Assembly (NCBI GenBank): GCA_963790205.1
Contig: CAWBNQ010000011.1
Location: 134,066-198,065 of the forward strand
Length of the DNA: 64,000 nucleotides
From: Nitrospirota bacterium
GTDB lineage: Bacteria; Nitrospirota; UBA9217
Direction: 5' to 3'
In this document: positions 17,295 to 28,445 of the stretch, piece by piece
Layout: each line of letters begins with the position of its first letter
How positions within the stretch are numbered: position 1 is the first letter of the stretch
The notes under the pieces: generated by a model
Database searches by the model: none
Told to the model about the DNA's origin: nothing
Seen by the model: only the letters and a program-made list of their open reading frames with translations
Translations under genes and position numbers: made by a program

Positions 17295-18455
17295 ATGAAG
17301 TTCAGACCATTAAGCGGCATAGGCATATATGTAATCGTTGTTTTACTGCTCTCCCTTTTCATCAGCGCCTGCAATGACAGCAAGGCTAAACAGACGGGAC
17401 AACGAGTTGTGCCGGTGAAAATAGGGGATGTGACGCAACAAAACATACCCTTGCAGATCAATGCCATCGGCAATGTAGAAGCCTATAATACCGTTTCAGT
17501 GAAAGCCATGGTCGGCGGAGAAGTGACTGGAGTGCATTTTAAAGAAGGCCAGGACGTCAAGCAGGGAAGCCTGCTCTTCCAGATAGATCCTCGTCCCTAC
17601 GATGCCGCGCTCAAGCAGGCCGAAGCACAGCTGGCACGGGACGTGGCGCAGGCAAAAAATGCCGAAGATCAGGCCAAGCGGTACGAAATCCTGGTCCAAA
17701 AAGACTACGTCTCCAGGGACCAATACGACCAGCTTCGCGCCAACGCCGATGCTTTGGCGGCCGCTGTCCAGGCGGACAAGGCCAATGTCGAGAACAGCCG
17801 TCTTCAACTGGCCTATTGCACCATCAGGTCGCCTATCGACGGCCGCGTCGGAAGCGTTCTTATCAACAAGGGCAACGTAATTAAGGCAAACGATCTGGTG
17901 ATGGTAACCATCAACAAGATAACGCCTATCTATGTGACCTTTTCCATACCGGAACAGAACCTTTCAGATATAAAAAAGTATATGGCAGCAGGGTCACTGA
18001 AGGTGGAGGCCGTCGTTCCTGGAGACGAGAAACGACCGGCGCAAGGAGTGCTTACGTTTGTCAATAATGCGGTGGACACAACTACGGGGACCATCCAGCT
18101 CAAGGGCACGTTCGAGAACAGGGACAAGAGGCTCTGGCCCGGACAGTTCGTTAATGTGATAGTAACGCTCACGATCCAAAGGAACGCCGTGGTCATGCCG
18201 TCCGCGGCCTTGCAGACAGGACAACAAGGACAGTATGTCTTTGTTGTCAAACCAGACTTTACGGTCGAGTCCCGGCCCGTGACGGTCGCGCGGACGTTCG
18301 GCGACCTCTCCGTCGTCGCACAAGGGGTGAAGTCAGGAGAAAAAGTGGTGACCGACGGCCAGCTGCAGCTGATTCCCGGAACGCGAGTAGAACTTAAGGG
18401 AGACCAGATGCAACAAGAGGGAAATGACAAATTCCAAACGCCCGATCACAAATAA
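17295..18455 (+). CDS. RND efflux periplasmic adaptor (MdtA-like)
   Basis: Lipobox ISAC; FKEGQDVKQGSLLFQIDPRPY, IRSPIDGRVG, LWPGQFV. Start is uncertain. Confidence 0.9.
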   Translation: MKFRPLSGIGIYVIVVLLLSLFISACNDSKAKQTGQRVVPVKIGDVTQQNIPLQINAIGNVEAYNTVSVKAMVGGEVTGVHFKEGQDVKQGSLLFQIDPRPYDAALKQAEAQLARDVAQAKNAEDQAKRYEILVQKDYVSRDQYDQLRANADALAAAVQADKANVENSRLQLAYCTIRSPIDGRVGSVLINKGNVIKANDLVMVTINKITPIYVTFSIPEQNLSDIKKYMAAGSLKVEAVVPGDEKRPAQGVLTFVNNAVDTTTGTIQLKGTFENRDKRLWPGQFVNVIVTLTIQRNAVVMPSAALQTGQQGQYVFVVKPDFTVESRPVTVARTFGDLSVVAQGVKSGEKVVTDGQLQLIPGTRVELKGDQMQQEGNDKFQTPDHK

Positions 18456-18554
18456 ATGCGTAATGTCGATGAATCAATGATTAAATATTCGATCAGCGGC
18501 GTACTGCATTTATTTGATTTTTGATGCGTAAGAATTGGAGCTTGAACTAAGACT

Positions 18555-21500
18555 ATGAACTTAGCGGAACCCTTCATACGCAGGCCGGTCATGACGACGC
18601 TGGTCATGTCTGCGATTCTGCTGTTCGGTATCATGGCATACCGGCTGCTTCCGGTGAGCGATCTGCCGAACGTCGATTTCCCGACCATCCTGGTGAACGC
18701 AAGTCTTCCCGGAGGGAGCCCGGAGACCATGGCCTCGGCAGTGGCGACGCCGCTGGAGCAGCAGTTCTCGACCATAGCAGGCCTCGACAACATGACGTCC
18801 ACGAGCGCGCTCGGGTCGACTCAGATAACGCTCCAGTTCAACCTGAGCCGGAACATCGACGGCGCGGCCCAGGATGTCCAAGCCATGATCGCAAAGGCCG
18901 CGCCTCTTCTTCCCCCGGACATGCCGACTCCGCCGACCTATCAAAAGGTCAACCCAGCGGATCAGCCGATTCTCTATCTCGCGATTAATTCTCCGACGCT
19001 CCAGCTTTCGGCCGTGGACGAATACGCCGAGACGACGATGTCCCAGCGGATATCGATGATAAGCGGCGTGGCCCAGGTGCAGGTGTTCGGTTCCCAGAAG
19101 TACGCCGTGCGCGCCCAGCTCGACCCGCGCGCTCTTGCTTCACGCGGCATAGGGATCGATGATGTATCGAAAGCGGTCGCGAGCGGGAACGTGAATCTGC
19201 CCACGGGGACCCTGCAGGGTTCCTCGAAGTCATTTACCATATTAGCGAGCGGACAGCTCATGGATGCGGCGGCCTACCGTCCTCTCATCGTGGCGTACCG
19301 CAACGGCAATCCCGTCAGGCTCCAGGAACTCGGCAGGGTAATTGACAGCGTGGAGAACGACAAGATCGCGAGTTGGTTCAACACGAGCACCAGGAGCACA
19401 AGGGCCGTGATTCTGGCGATCCAGCGTCAGCCCGGCACCAATACCGTTGAAGTGGTCGACTCCATCAAGAAACTTCTGCCGACGTTCCGGTCAGAGATGC
19501 CGGCATCGGTGAATCTCGACGTCCTCTACGACCGGTCGCTGTCCATCAGGGATTCGGTGAATGACGTGAAGTTCACGCTGGGACTGGCAATCGTCCTCGT
19601 CGTGCTCGTCATCTTCCTGTTTTTGCGCAATCTCTCGGCAACGATCATCCCGAGCCTGGCGCTCCCCATGTCGATTATCGGCACATTCACGGTGATGTTC
19701 CTGCTCGGTTACAGCGTGGACAACCTTTCTCTCATGGCCATGATTCTCGCTGTCGGATTCGTGGTCGACGACGCCATTGTGATGCTCGAAAACATCGTGC
19801 GCCATATGGAGCAGGGAGAACCGGTGCTTCAGGCATCTCTCAACGGATCGAAAGAGATCGGTTTTACCATCCTTTCCATGACGTTCTCGCTGGTCGCGGT
19901 CTTTATCCCCGTGCTCTTCATGGGCGGAATTCTCGGCCGGCTGCTGCATGAATTCGCCGTGGTGATCAGCGTGGCCATCCTCGTGTCGGGAGTCGTGTCG
20001 CTTACGCTTACACCCATGCTCAGCAGCCGGTTTCTCCGGCCTCATGGCAAGGAACGACACGGCAGGCTTTATATGGCCCTGGAACATTTTTTCGACAATA
20101 TGCTGAACAGCTACGAAACCAGCCTGCAGTGGGTGCTCGGACACCGCAGGATGATGCTTATCATCACCGCCGCGCTTTTCTTCGTGACGATTATCCTTTT
20201 TTACCTCATCCCAAAAGGATTTCTTCCTACCGAGGACACGGGCCAGATCTTCGCCTTTACCGAGGCGCAGCAGGGAATTTCCTTTGACGACATGGCGAAA
20301 CACCAGAAGGAGCTCATGGCAATCGTGGCCAAGGACCCGAACATTGACGAGTTCATGTCGAGCATCGGAGCCGGGGGGCCGAATGCAGCCGCCAACACCG
20401 GACGCATGTTCATCAGACTGAAGCCCCGTTCGGAACGCAAGCTCTCCGCCGACGAGATCATCCAGGAACTGCGGAAAAAAACGGCCGGCGTCATAGGCAT
20501 CGGGATGTTCATGCAGAACCTGCCTCCCATCCGCATCGGCGGCACGCTCACCAAGAGCCAGTATCAGTACACGCTTCAGAGCCCGGATACGAACGAGCTG
20601 TATAAGGCCGCTCCCGCACTGGAAGCGAAGCTGCGCGCCATCCCGCAACTCCAGGATGTGACCAGCGATCTGCAGATCAAGAACCCGCAGGTGAGCCTTG
20701 ACATAGACCGCGACAAGGCGGCTGCCCTGGGCGTCACGGCCCAGCAGATCGAAAACGCGCTCAGCACTGCTTATAGCACGCTCCAGGTATCGAACATCCT
20801 TGCGCCCACGAACCAGTACAAGGTCATCATGGAACTGTTACCCCAGTATCAGACGGATCCGTCCGCGCTCGCCATGCTGTATATCCGTTCGTCTTCGGGG
20901 GCTCTCGTGCCGCTTACGGTGGTTACCAAACCTTCCGTGGGCACGGGCCCGCTCCTCATCAACCACCTCGGCCAGCTCCCTGCCGTGACCCTTTCCTTTA
21001 ACCTGAGGCCGGGCGTTTCGCTCAGCGAGGCCGTTGCCGCTGTTGACAAAGCCTCCAAGGCGACGCTGCCGGCTTCGATCACAACCAGTTTCCAGGGGAC
21101 GGCGCAGGCATTCCAGTCGTCCACGCAGGGACTGTTCCTCCTCCTGATTTTGGCCGTCCTGGTCATCTACATCGTGCTCGGCATCCTGTATGAGAGCTTC
21201 ATCCATCCGCTTACGATACTCTCCGGATTGCCTGCCGCAGGCGTGGGGGCGCTTGTGACGCTCCTCCTTTTCGGAAAGGAACTCAATATTTACGGTTATG
21301 TGGGGGTCATCATGCTCATAGGGATCGTGAAAAAGAACGCCATCATGATGATCGACTTCGCGCTCGAGGCCGAACGCAAACACGGTAAAAGTCCCCAGGA
21401 CGCAATCTACGAAGGGGCGGTCGTCCGTTTTCGCCCCATTATGATGACCACCATGTCGGCCTTGATGGGGACACTCCCGATCGCGATCGGGTTCGGCGCC

Positions 21501-21698
21501 GGCGCCGAAGCGCGTCGGCCGCTGGGTCTTGCAGTGGTCGGGGGCCTGGTCTTTTCTCAATTGCTGACCCTCTATATTACGCCGGTTATCTATATATACC
21601 TGGATACGTTCCAGCAGAGATTCGGCAAACTTGCTCTTTTCCGCACCAGAGAGGAACAGGGGCCTAAGTCTCAGGAAAGAACACGTCCAGCACTATAG
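18555..21698 (+). CDS. RND efflux permease (MdtB/C-like)
   Basis: FIRRPVMTTL, GFVVDDAIVMLENI, GIVKKNAIMMIDFA, RFRPIMMTT; 1047 aa. Confidence 0.95.
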   Translation: MNLAEPFIRRPVMTTLVMSAILLFGIMAYRLLPVSDLPNVDFPTILVNASLPGGSPETMASAVATPLEQQFSTIAGLDNMTSTSALGSTQITLQFNLSRNIDGAAQDVQAMIAKAAPLLPPDMPTPPTYQKVNPADQPILYLAINSPTLQLSAVDEYAETTMSQRISMISGVAQVQVFGSQKYAVRAQLDPRALASRGIGIDDVSKAVASGNVNLPTGTLQGSSKSFTILASGQLMDAAAYRPLIVAYRNGNPVRLQELGRVIDSVENDKIASWFNTSTRSTRAVILAIQRQPGTNTVEVVDSIKKLLPTFRSEMPASVNLDVLYDRSLSIRDSVNDVKFTLGLAIVLVVLVIFLFLRNLSATIIPSLALPMSIIGTFTVMFLLGYSVDNLSLMAMILAVGFVVDDAIVMLENIVRHMEQGEPVLQASLNGSKEIGFTILSMTFSLVAVFIPVLFMGGILGRLLHEFAVVISVAILVSGVVSLTLTPMLSSRFLRPHGKERHGRLYMALEHFFDNMLNSYETSLQWVLGHRRMMLIITAALFFVTIILFYLIPKGFLPTEDTGQIFAFTEAQQGISFDDMAKHQKELMAIVAKDPNIDEFMSSIGAGGPNAAANTGRMFIRLKPRSERKLSADEIIQELRKKTAGVIGIGMFMQNLPPIRIGGTLTKSQYQYTLQSPDTNELYKAAPALEAKLRAIPQLQDVTSDLQIKNPQVSLDIDRDKAAALGVTAQQIENALSTAYSTLQVSNILAPTNQYKVIMELLPQYQTDPSALAMLYIRSSSGALVPLTVVTKPSVGTGPLLINHLGQLPAVTLSFNLRPGVSLSEAVAAVDKASKATLPASITTSFQGTAQAFQSSTQGLFLLLILAVLVIYIVLGILYESFIHPLTILSGLPAAGVGALVTLLLFGKELNIYGYVGVIMLIGIVKKNAIMMIDFALEAERKHGKSPQDAIYEGAVVRFRPIMMTTMSALMGTLPIAIGFGAGAEARRPLGLAVVGGLVFSQLLTLYITPVIYIYLDTFQQRFGKLALFRTREEQGPKSQERTRPAL

Positions 21699-21719
21699 TA
21701 ATATCATAAAGGAACTCAT

Positions 21720-22891
21720 ATGACAGGTCAGATAGCGAACGTTCATCGCAGTGTTTTCATTGTTACTATTTTCACGGCGCTGCTCATGTTCGGCTGTAAA
21801 GGTGATAGCCCTTCCTATAGGACCGACCCGGTCACGCGCGGCGATATCCAGCAGACGGTGACGGCGACGGGCACGGTCAACGCGGTGACGACGGTCCAGG
21901 TCGGCACTCAGGTCTCGGGGACGATAAAAACTCTCTATGTGGATTTTAATTCCCGCGTGAAAAAGGGGAAGCTCATCGCCCAGATCGACCCCTCGACCTT
22001 CGAGTCCCAGGTGCAGCAGGCGCAGGCGAATCTGCTCTCGGCCCAGGCAAACCTTGAAAAGGCGCAGACTGCGCTCGCGAATGATAAAAAGACCTTTGAC
22101 CGGAACAAGGAACTGTTGTCAAAAAATCTCATTGCCCAGAGCGACCTGGACACGGCGGAGACGAACTACCAGTCCGACAAGGCCCAGGTGGCCTCGGCCA
22201 AGGCGCTGATCGAGCAGGCAAAGGCTTCGCTCGATTACGCCAGGCAGAACCTTGCCTACACGAGGATCGTCTCTCCGGTCGACGGTGTCGTGATCTCCCG
22301 GAATGTTGACGTGGGCCAGACCGTGGCCGCGAGCTTCCAGACGCCGACGCTCTTTACGATCGCCCAGGACCTTACCAAGATGCAGATCGACACGAACGTG
22401 GCCGAGTCGGACATCGGCGTGGTGAAGCTCGGGCAGGAGGTGGACTTCACCGTTGACGCCTATCCCGATACCACGTTCAAGGGAAAAGTCTGGCAGATCA
22501 GGCAGGCCCCCATAACCGTGCAGAACGTCGTCACCTACGACGTCGTGATCCAGGTAAACAATCGGGATTTAAAGCTCATGCCGGGCATGACCGCCAATGT
22601 CTCCATCGTCATACAGACGAGACATGACGTGCTCAGGATCACGAATGCGGCGCTCCGGTTCCGCTTCTCCGACAAGCCAGCCGGCGCGGGCGGCTGCGGG
22701 CGAGAAGAAGGGGCCGTCCGTCTGGGTCCTCGAAAACAACAAGCCGAAACGCGTCGGCATCACGCCGGGAATCAGCGACGGAAACGTATACTGAGGTCGT
22801 ATCAGGTGATCTGAAAGAAGGACAGCAGGTGATCGTAGAAGCTCTGCAAAAAGGCAAAGGACGCAGCGACCTCGGTCCGAGGATGTTCTAA
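21720..22891 (+). CDS. MacA-like efflux adaptor; 3' end frameshifted (~22690 and ~22788)
   Basis: VQVGTQVSG, VGQTVAASFQTPTLF. The C-terminus continues in other frames (GPSVWVLENNKPKRVGITPGISDG, then TEVVSGDLKEGQQVIV...GPRMF*). Confidence 0.8.
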
Positions 22892-22892
22892 C

Positions 22893-23614
22893 ATGGCGCT
22901 TATCGAGGCACGGGACATCACCAAGGTCTATCAGTCTCGGCGATATCGACCTGCGAAGCGTTGATCGGCATATCCACGACCATCGAGAAAGGCGAATTCG
23001 TCGCCATCATGGGGCCGTCGGGCTCGGGCAAGTCCACGTTCATGAATATTCTGGGCTGTCTCGACACCGCCGACCGGAGGCGTACTATCTTCTTGACGGA
23101 GTTGATATCGGGCAGGCTTTCCCGCGACGAACTTGCCGAGATCGGAATAAAAAGCTCGGCTTCGTGTTCCAGGGGTTCAATCTTCTTTCACGGACTTCGG
23201 CCATTGAGAACGTCGAACTTCCCATGCTGTATGACGGCCATCCGGCGCAGGGAACGTCGCGAACGGGCGCTGGCGGCGCTCAAGAGCGTCGGGCTCGAGG
23301 GCAGGGAAGACCATCATCCGAACCAGCTTTCCGGAGGGCAGCAGCAGCGGGTCGCCATCGCCCGGGCGCTCGTGAACGAGGCCCCCATCATCCTGGCGGA
23401 CGAGCCCACGGGCAACCTCGACACGAAAACGAGTGTCGAGATCATGGAGCTCTTTGTGAAACTGAACCGTGAATCGGGCATTACGGTCATCCTCGTGACC
23501 CATGAGCCGGATATCGCGACGTACAGCAAGCGGATCATAAAATTCCTCGACGGCCGTATCGTGAGCGATGAGTCCGGAGAAGACAAAAATATCGATCGAT
23601 TCATAAAAAGTTGA
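22893..23614 (+). CDS. ABC ATP-binding protein (MacB ATPase-like) with several frameshifts
   Basis: ATG 22893 MALIEARDITKVY; GPSGSGKST; FVFQGFNLLSRTSAIENVELP in a second frame; LSGGQQQRVAIARAL. Confidence 0.8.
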
Positions 23615-23627
23615 AAAATTAACCGGC

Positions 23628-24857
23628 ATGATCAACATACCTTCCACCATAAAAATATCGTTCCGGGCGCTCTGGGTGAATAAGATGCGTTCCTCCCTCA
23701 CCATGCTCGGCATCATCATCGGCGTGGGCGCCGTGATCGCCATGGTCGCCGTGGGCACCGGCGCTAGCCAGAAGATTGCCGCGCAGATCTCGAGCATGGG
23801 GAGTAACCTTCTTATTATTCTGCCCGGATCGACGACGTCTGGCGGCGTCAGGATGGGCGCAGGCTCGCAACCCACGCTGTCCCTGTTCGATGCTGAAGCC
23901 ATTGTCAAGGAATGTCCTTCCGTGGCGGATGACGCCCCCATGCTGGGCGGCGTGGCGCAGATCGTGGCCGGTCACATGAACTGGTCCACCGGCGTGAACG
24001 GCACGACGCCGGGTTATCTGAACGTGAGGGACTGGGACCTCTCTTCCGGCAGGTCATTCACGCAGCAGGACGTAAAAAGCGCGACCAAGGTGGCCTTGCT
24101 CGGCCAGACCGTTGTGGATAATCTTTTCGGGGACCAGAACCCCGTGGGGCAGACCATCAGGATCAAGAATGTTCCCTTTACCGTGATCGGGGTGCTGGCT
24201 CCCAAGGGCCAGTCCGCGCAGGGCACGGACCAGGACGATACGGTCCTCATTCCGGTCACAACGTCCCAGAAGAAACTTTTCGGGACCCAGTTCCCCGGCA
24301 TGGTCCGGATCATTTTGGTCAAGGCAAAAAGCGCCCAGGATCTTGCTCCTGCCGAGCAGCAGATAGACGAGCTTTTAAGGCAACGGCACCACGTGGGCCA
24401 GAAACAGGATAACGACTTTACAGTCAGAAATCTCACCCAGATCATGCAGGCCGCGGAACAGTCCTCGAAAGTGATGACCCTGCTCCTGGGGGCCATCGCT
24501 TCCGTATCGCTCCTGGTCGGCGGGATCGGGATCATGAACATCATGCTGGTGAGTGTAACCGAGCGCACCCGCGAGATAGGCATCCGCATGGCCATTGGCG
24601 CAAAAACCTGGGACATCCGGCTCCAGTTCATCATCGAGGCGCTCACGCTCTCTCTGATCGGCGGGGTCATGGGTATCATCATCGGCGTGTCCACGGCTGT
24701 GATCCTCTCGTCCGTCTCGGGCTGGCCCACTGTCGTATCGATCCTCTCCATTCTATTGGCATTCAGTTTTTCGGGATTCATCGGCATATTCTTCGGATTT
24801 TATCCTGCCTACAAGGCCTCGCTTTTGAACCCCATCGATGCCCTGCGATACGAATAG
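23628..24857 (+). CDS. MacB-family ABC permease
   Basis: RSSLTMLGIIIGV, GGIGIMNIMLVSVTERTREIGIR, LNPIDALRYE. Confidence 0.94.
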   Translation: MINIPSTIKISFRALWVNKMRSSLTMLGIIIGVGAVIAMVAVGTGASQKIAAQISSMGSNLLIILPGSTTSGGVRMGAGSQPTLSLFDAEAIVKECPSVADDAPMLGGVAQIVAGHMNWSTGVNGTTPGYLNVRDWDLSSGRSFTQQDVKSATKVALLGQTVVDNLFGDQNPVGQTIRIKNVPFTVIGVLAPKGQSAQGTDQDDTVLIPVTTSQKKLFGTQFPGMVRIILVKAKSAQDLAPAEQQIDELLRQRHHVGQKQDNDFTVRNLTQIMQAAEQSSKVMTLLLGAIASVSLLVGGIGIMNIMLVSVTERTREIGIRMAIGAKTWDIRLQFIIEALTLSLIGGVMGIIIGVSTAVILSSVSGWPTVVSILSILLAFSFSGFIGIFFGFYPAYKASLLNPIDALRYE

Positions 24858-24927
24858 ACCATGCATTAATCGAGAAACGTCATTGTCTCTAAAAACGAAT
24901 AATATTATCGAAGGAGAAGTACAAGGT

Positions 24928-26052
24928 ATGGAAGCGCGCAATAGTTCAGAACAGGATTCAAGATTTAACCGTCGCGGTCCGGCTGCAACCTGGGGCATCA
25001 GGGCGGTCATTGCCGTCCTGGTCCTCGCGGGTGGCGTCTATACGGCGCACAAGGTGTCTTATTCGCTGTCTCACGAAAGCACGGACGATGCTTTCGTAGA
25101 CGGCGTTGTTGTGCCGATCAGCTCCGAGGTCAAGGGCAGGGTGATGAAGGTCCTGGTGACGGACAACCAGATCGTCAAAGCAGGCGATACGCTTCTCGAG
25201 ATAGCGCCTGATGATTATACTAATATGGTGCAGGCGCGTCAAGACGCCACAGCGCGCCTGACCGCGGAACAGCAGGAGACCCATGCTTTGATCAAGGTAA
25301 AAACCATGTCTCTTGCCCGCGCCCGCGCCGAGCTCGAAGCAGCGCAAACGGACGCCGCCCTGGCGGAAAAGGAACTGAAACGGAGCACCGAACTGCGGAA
25401 CAAGGAGGTCATTTCCCAGAGCCAGTACGACCAGGCGGAATCCCGGTGCAGGGCCATGGCCGCACGCAGGAACTCGGCGACCGCGTCCGTGGCAGAGATC
25501 GAAGCGGCAATCGAGGCGTTGAAGGCCCAGCTCACGACCCAGAACTATAGGATCAAGGAGTCGGGGACAGCCCTGGACCTCGCCCGGATCGACCTCAAGC
25601 GGACGGTAATCACCGCGCCGGTGGACGGAAGAGTCGCCAAAAAGAACGTGGAGGAAGGCAAGTACGTTCAGCCGGGCCTCCCGCTCCTTTCGATCGTTGA
25701 TGACCGCGCCTTGTGGGTCGTGGCAAATTTTAAGGAAACACAGATCGCCCATATGAGGCCCGGCCAGGACGTTGAAATCACGGTCGACGCCTATCCCGGG
25801 GCAACGTTTGCCGGCCACGTGGACAGTTTCCAACCCGGCACGGGCGCGGTATTCAGCCTCCTGCCGCCCCAGAACGCAACGGGTAATTTCGTAAAAGTTG
25901 TTCAGCGCGTTCCTGTCAAGATCCTCATCGACTCGAAGCCCGATCCTGCCCATCCTTTCTGGCCCGGGCTCTCGGTCGATCCGTCGGTTGCGATACAAGG
26001 AGAGGCGAAACAACAGCGCGTGGCGGGTGATGCACATGGCGAAGTCAGATAA
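24928..26052 (+). CDS. HlyD/EmrA-family adaptor
   Basis: ESTDDAFV, VVANFKETQ, FSLLPPQNATGNFVKVVQRVPVKI. Confidence 0.92.
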   Translation: MEARNSSEQDSRFNRRGPAATWGIRAVIAVLVLAGGVYTAHKVSYSLSHESTDDAFVDGVVVPISSEVKGRVMKVLVTDNQIVKAGDTLLEIAPDDYTNMVQARQDATARLTAEQQETHALIKVKTMSLARARAELEAAQTDAALAEKELKRSTELRNKEVISQSQYDQAESRCRAMAARRNSATASVAEIEAAIEALKAQLTTQNYRIKESGTALDLARIDLKRTVITAPVDGRVAKKNVEEGKYVQPGLPLLSIVDDRALWVVANFKETQIAHMRPGQDVEITVDAYPGATFAGHVDSFQPGTGAVFSLLPPQNATGNFVKVVQRVPVKILIDSKPDPAHPFWPGLSVDPSVAIQGEAKQQRVAGDAHGEVR

Positions 26053-27576
26053 GTGGATCGTCACCCTCACGGTGATGACCGGCACGATCATGGCCGCCCT
26101 CGATTCGAGCATCGTGAACGTGGCTTTGCCGTACATGCGCGGCAGTTTGAGCGCCACCATCGAGGAGATCACCTGGGTCGCCACGGGATACATCCTCTCG
26201 AACGTGATCATCATGCCGATCGTGGGCATGCTCTCGGCGCGCTGAAGAAATTCTACCTCCTCAGCATCGTAGGCTTCACGATCAGCTCCATGCTCTGCGG
26301 CATGGCCTGGGACCTCACGTCCATGGTCGTTTTCCGCGTGATCCAGGGCATGGGCGGGGGCGCGCTCATCCCCGTGTCCCAGGCGATCCTGCGCGAGACC
26401 TTCCCGCCTGAAGAGCAGGGAATGGCCATGGGTCTGTACGGTTTCGGCGTCGTGCTCGGGCCCGCGTTCGGCCCGACTGTCGGCGGGTGGCTTACGGACC
26501 ATTATTCCTGGCCCTGGATCTTCTACATCAACGTCCCGATCGGGATCCTGAACGTGCTCATGGTCATGCGCTTCATCAAAGACCCGCCCTACCTGGTGCG
26601 CGAAAAAGGAAAGATCGATTTTCTTGGCCTGGGATTCATGACCGTGGGCCTCGGCGCGCTCCAGGTCCTTCTCGAAAAAGGGGAGCAGGAGGCATGGTTC
26701 GAGTCCCACCTGATACGGTACCTCCTGATCGCTTCGCTGGCGGGAATCATCCTGTTCCTCTGGCGCGAGCTCACCTGCGACCGGCCGGCCGTTGATCTCA
26801 GGATACTGAAGGACGTGAACTTTGCCTCGGGATCGCTCATCGGCGGGTTTCTCGGCATGGGACTCATGGGAAGCCTCTTCCTCTTACCCATGTTCCTGCA
26901 GCAGCTTCTCGGGTACCCGGCTTTAGACTCCGGGTTTATCCAGATGCCCAGAAGTCTTGCCATGGCAATTGCGATGCCGCTGGGCGGCAGATTATATAAT
27001 CGGTTGGGACCGCGGATCCTGATCGGGAGCGGGCTTATCGTAACGGCCGTGTCTTTTTATCAGCTGTCGCGTTTATCCCTCAGCATGGGATACTTCGATG
27101 TCTTTTTCCCCCAGCTTCTGCAAGGGGCGGGGTTCGGCCTGATCTTTGTCGCCTTGAGCACCGCGGCCCTCTCGACCGTAGAAAGACCGCGTCTTACGGC
27201 CGCCGCCGGACTCTACAACGTGGTGCGCCAGGTCTTCGGCAGCATAGGCATCGCCGTGGCCGCGTCGCAGCTCACGAAATCCATGACAACGTACCATGCT
27301 CTCCTGGCGGAAAAGGTGACTGATTACAGCTCCGTCGCTTCAGGCTGGATCCAGAGCGTGGCAGGAGGTCTGCAAAGTCAGGGCGTCGATGCGGCTACGG
27401 GCAGACAAATGGCCTTATCTCTCCTGGACAACGAGCTCTCACGCCAGGCAGGCATGATGGCGTACAATCACCTGTTTTTTCTTGTCACGACGCTTTTTAT
27501 CATTTCAATGCCCTTCATCTTTCTGCTGAAATCGAACAAAAAGCAGGAGGGGACAGAAGAGGTCATCGCGGAGTAG
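26036..27576 (+). CDS. DHA2/EmrB-family MFS efflux permease; frameshift or short deletion near 26240
   Basis: Frame 1 MAKSDKWIV...LDSSIVNVALP...WVATGY...LSAR*; frame 2 continues KKFYLL...FRVIQG...WPWIFYINVPIG. Confidence 0.85.
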
Positions 27577-27723
27577 AAATTTTAAAGAACGTAAGAAGTG
27601 TTTCTCGCAGAGGCGCAGAGGTCGCAGAGAGATCAAGGATGTTCTGTTTGCCAAGACTGTACGCCTTGGCGTTATCGTATAAAAGGCTTTTCATCCAGGT
27701 CTGTTTTTCATCAGGAGGTCTGC

Positions 27724-28371
27724 ATGACGGAAAAAAGAACGATGGCCATAACCATTTCGCGGCAAATGGCGAGCGGCGGAGCTTATATCGGCCATCTCCT
27801 TGCCAGAAAGCTCGGCTACAAGTACGTTGAACGGGAAATTCTGCACATCGCGGCCAAGGAACTCGGTGTCGATATTTCCGAGCTTTCCAAGCTCGATGAG
27901 CGACATGCGAGTTTTGTTGAAAATCTCATGCAAAGCTTTGTTTTCGGCACGCCCGAAGCGGCCTACGTTCCTCCCTCGCGGCGGCCAGTCTATGATCAGG
28001 AGCTCTTCGAAACAGAATCCAAGATTATCACCGCAATTGCGAACCGGCATAATGCGGTCATTGTGGGCCGCGGCGGATATTTTGTGCTGCGCGGCGGGCC
28101 AGGCGTGGTGAATGTGTTCATCCATGCGCCCATGGATTTTCGCGTCAAACGGCTTCAACAATTTCACGAAATTTCAGCGGAGCAGGCGCGGGAAGAGGTC
28201 GAGAGCTCCGACCGCATGCGAGAAAAGTTCCTCAGGACCATGACGGACACGGAACGGTATGATGCGCGAAACTACCACCTTTGCATCGACGCTGAGGCCG
28301 CCGGCTTTGAGGCGGCGGTGCGGATGATCGTCGAACTCGCGGAAAAGAAGAAACGCGACCTCGGGATCTGA
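27724..28371 (+). CDS. Cytidylate kinase-like family protein
   Basis: ITISRQMASGG..IG..LA..LG, VIVGRG, VFIHAP, YHLCID; SD AGGAGG. Confidence 0.85.
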   Translation: MTEKRTMAITISRQMASGGAYIGHLLARKLGYKYVEREILHIAAKELGVDISELSKLDERHASFVENLMQSFVFGTPEAAYVPPSRRPVYDQELFETESKIITAIANRHNAVIVGRGGYFVLRGGPGVVNVFIHAPMDFRVKRLQQFHEISAEQAREEVESSDRMREKFLRTMTDTERYDARNYHLCIDAEAAGFEAAVRMIVELAEKKKRDLGI

Positions 28372-28445
28372 TCGTCTCCCGCACGTCCTTTACTTTTCCT
28401 CGACAAACCTTTCAAAATAATCTACTATTATTCATAGCATTGCCT

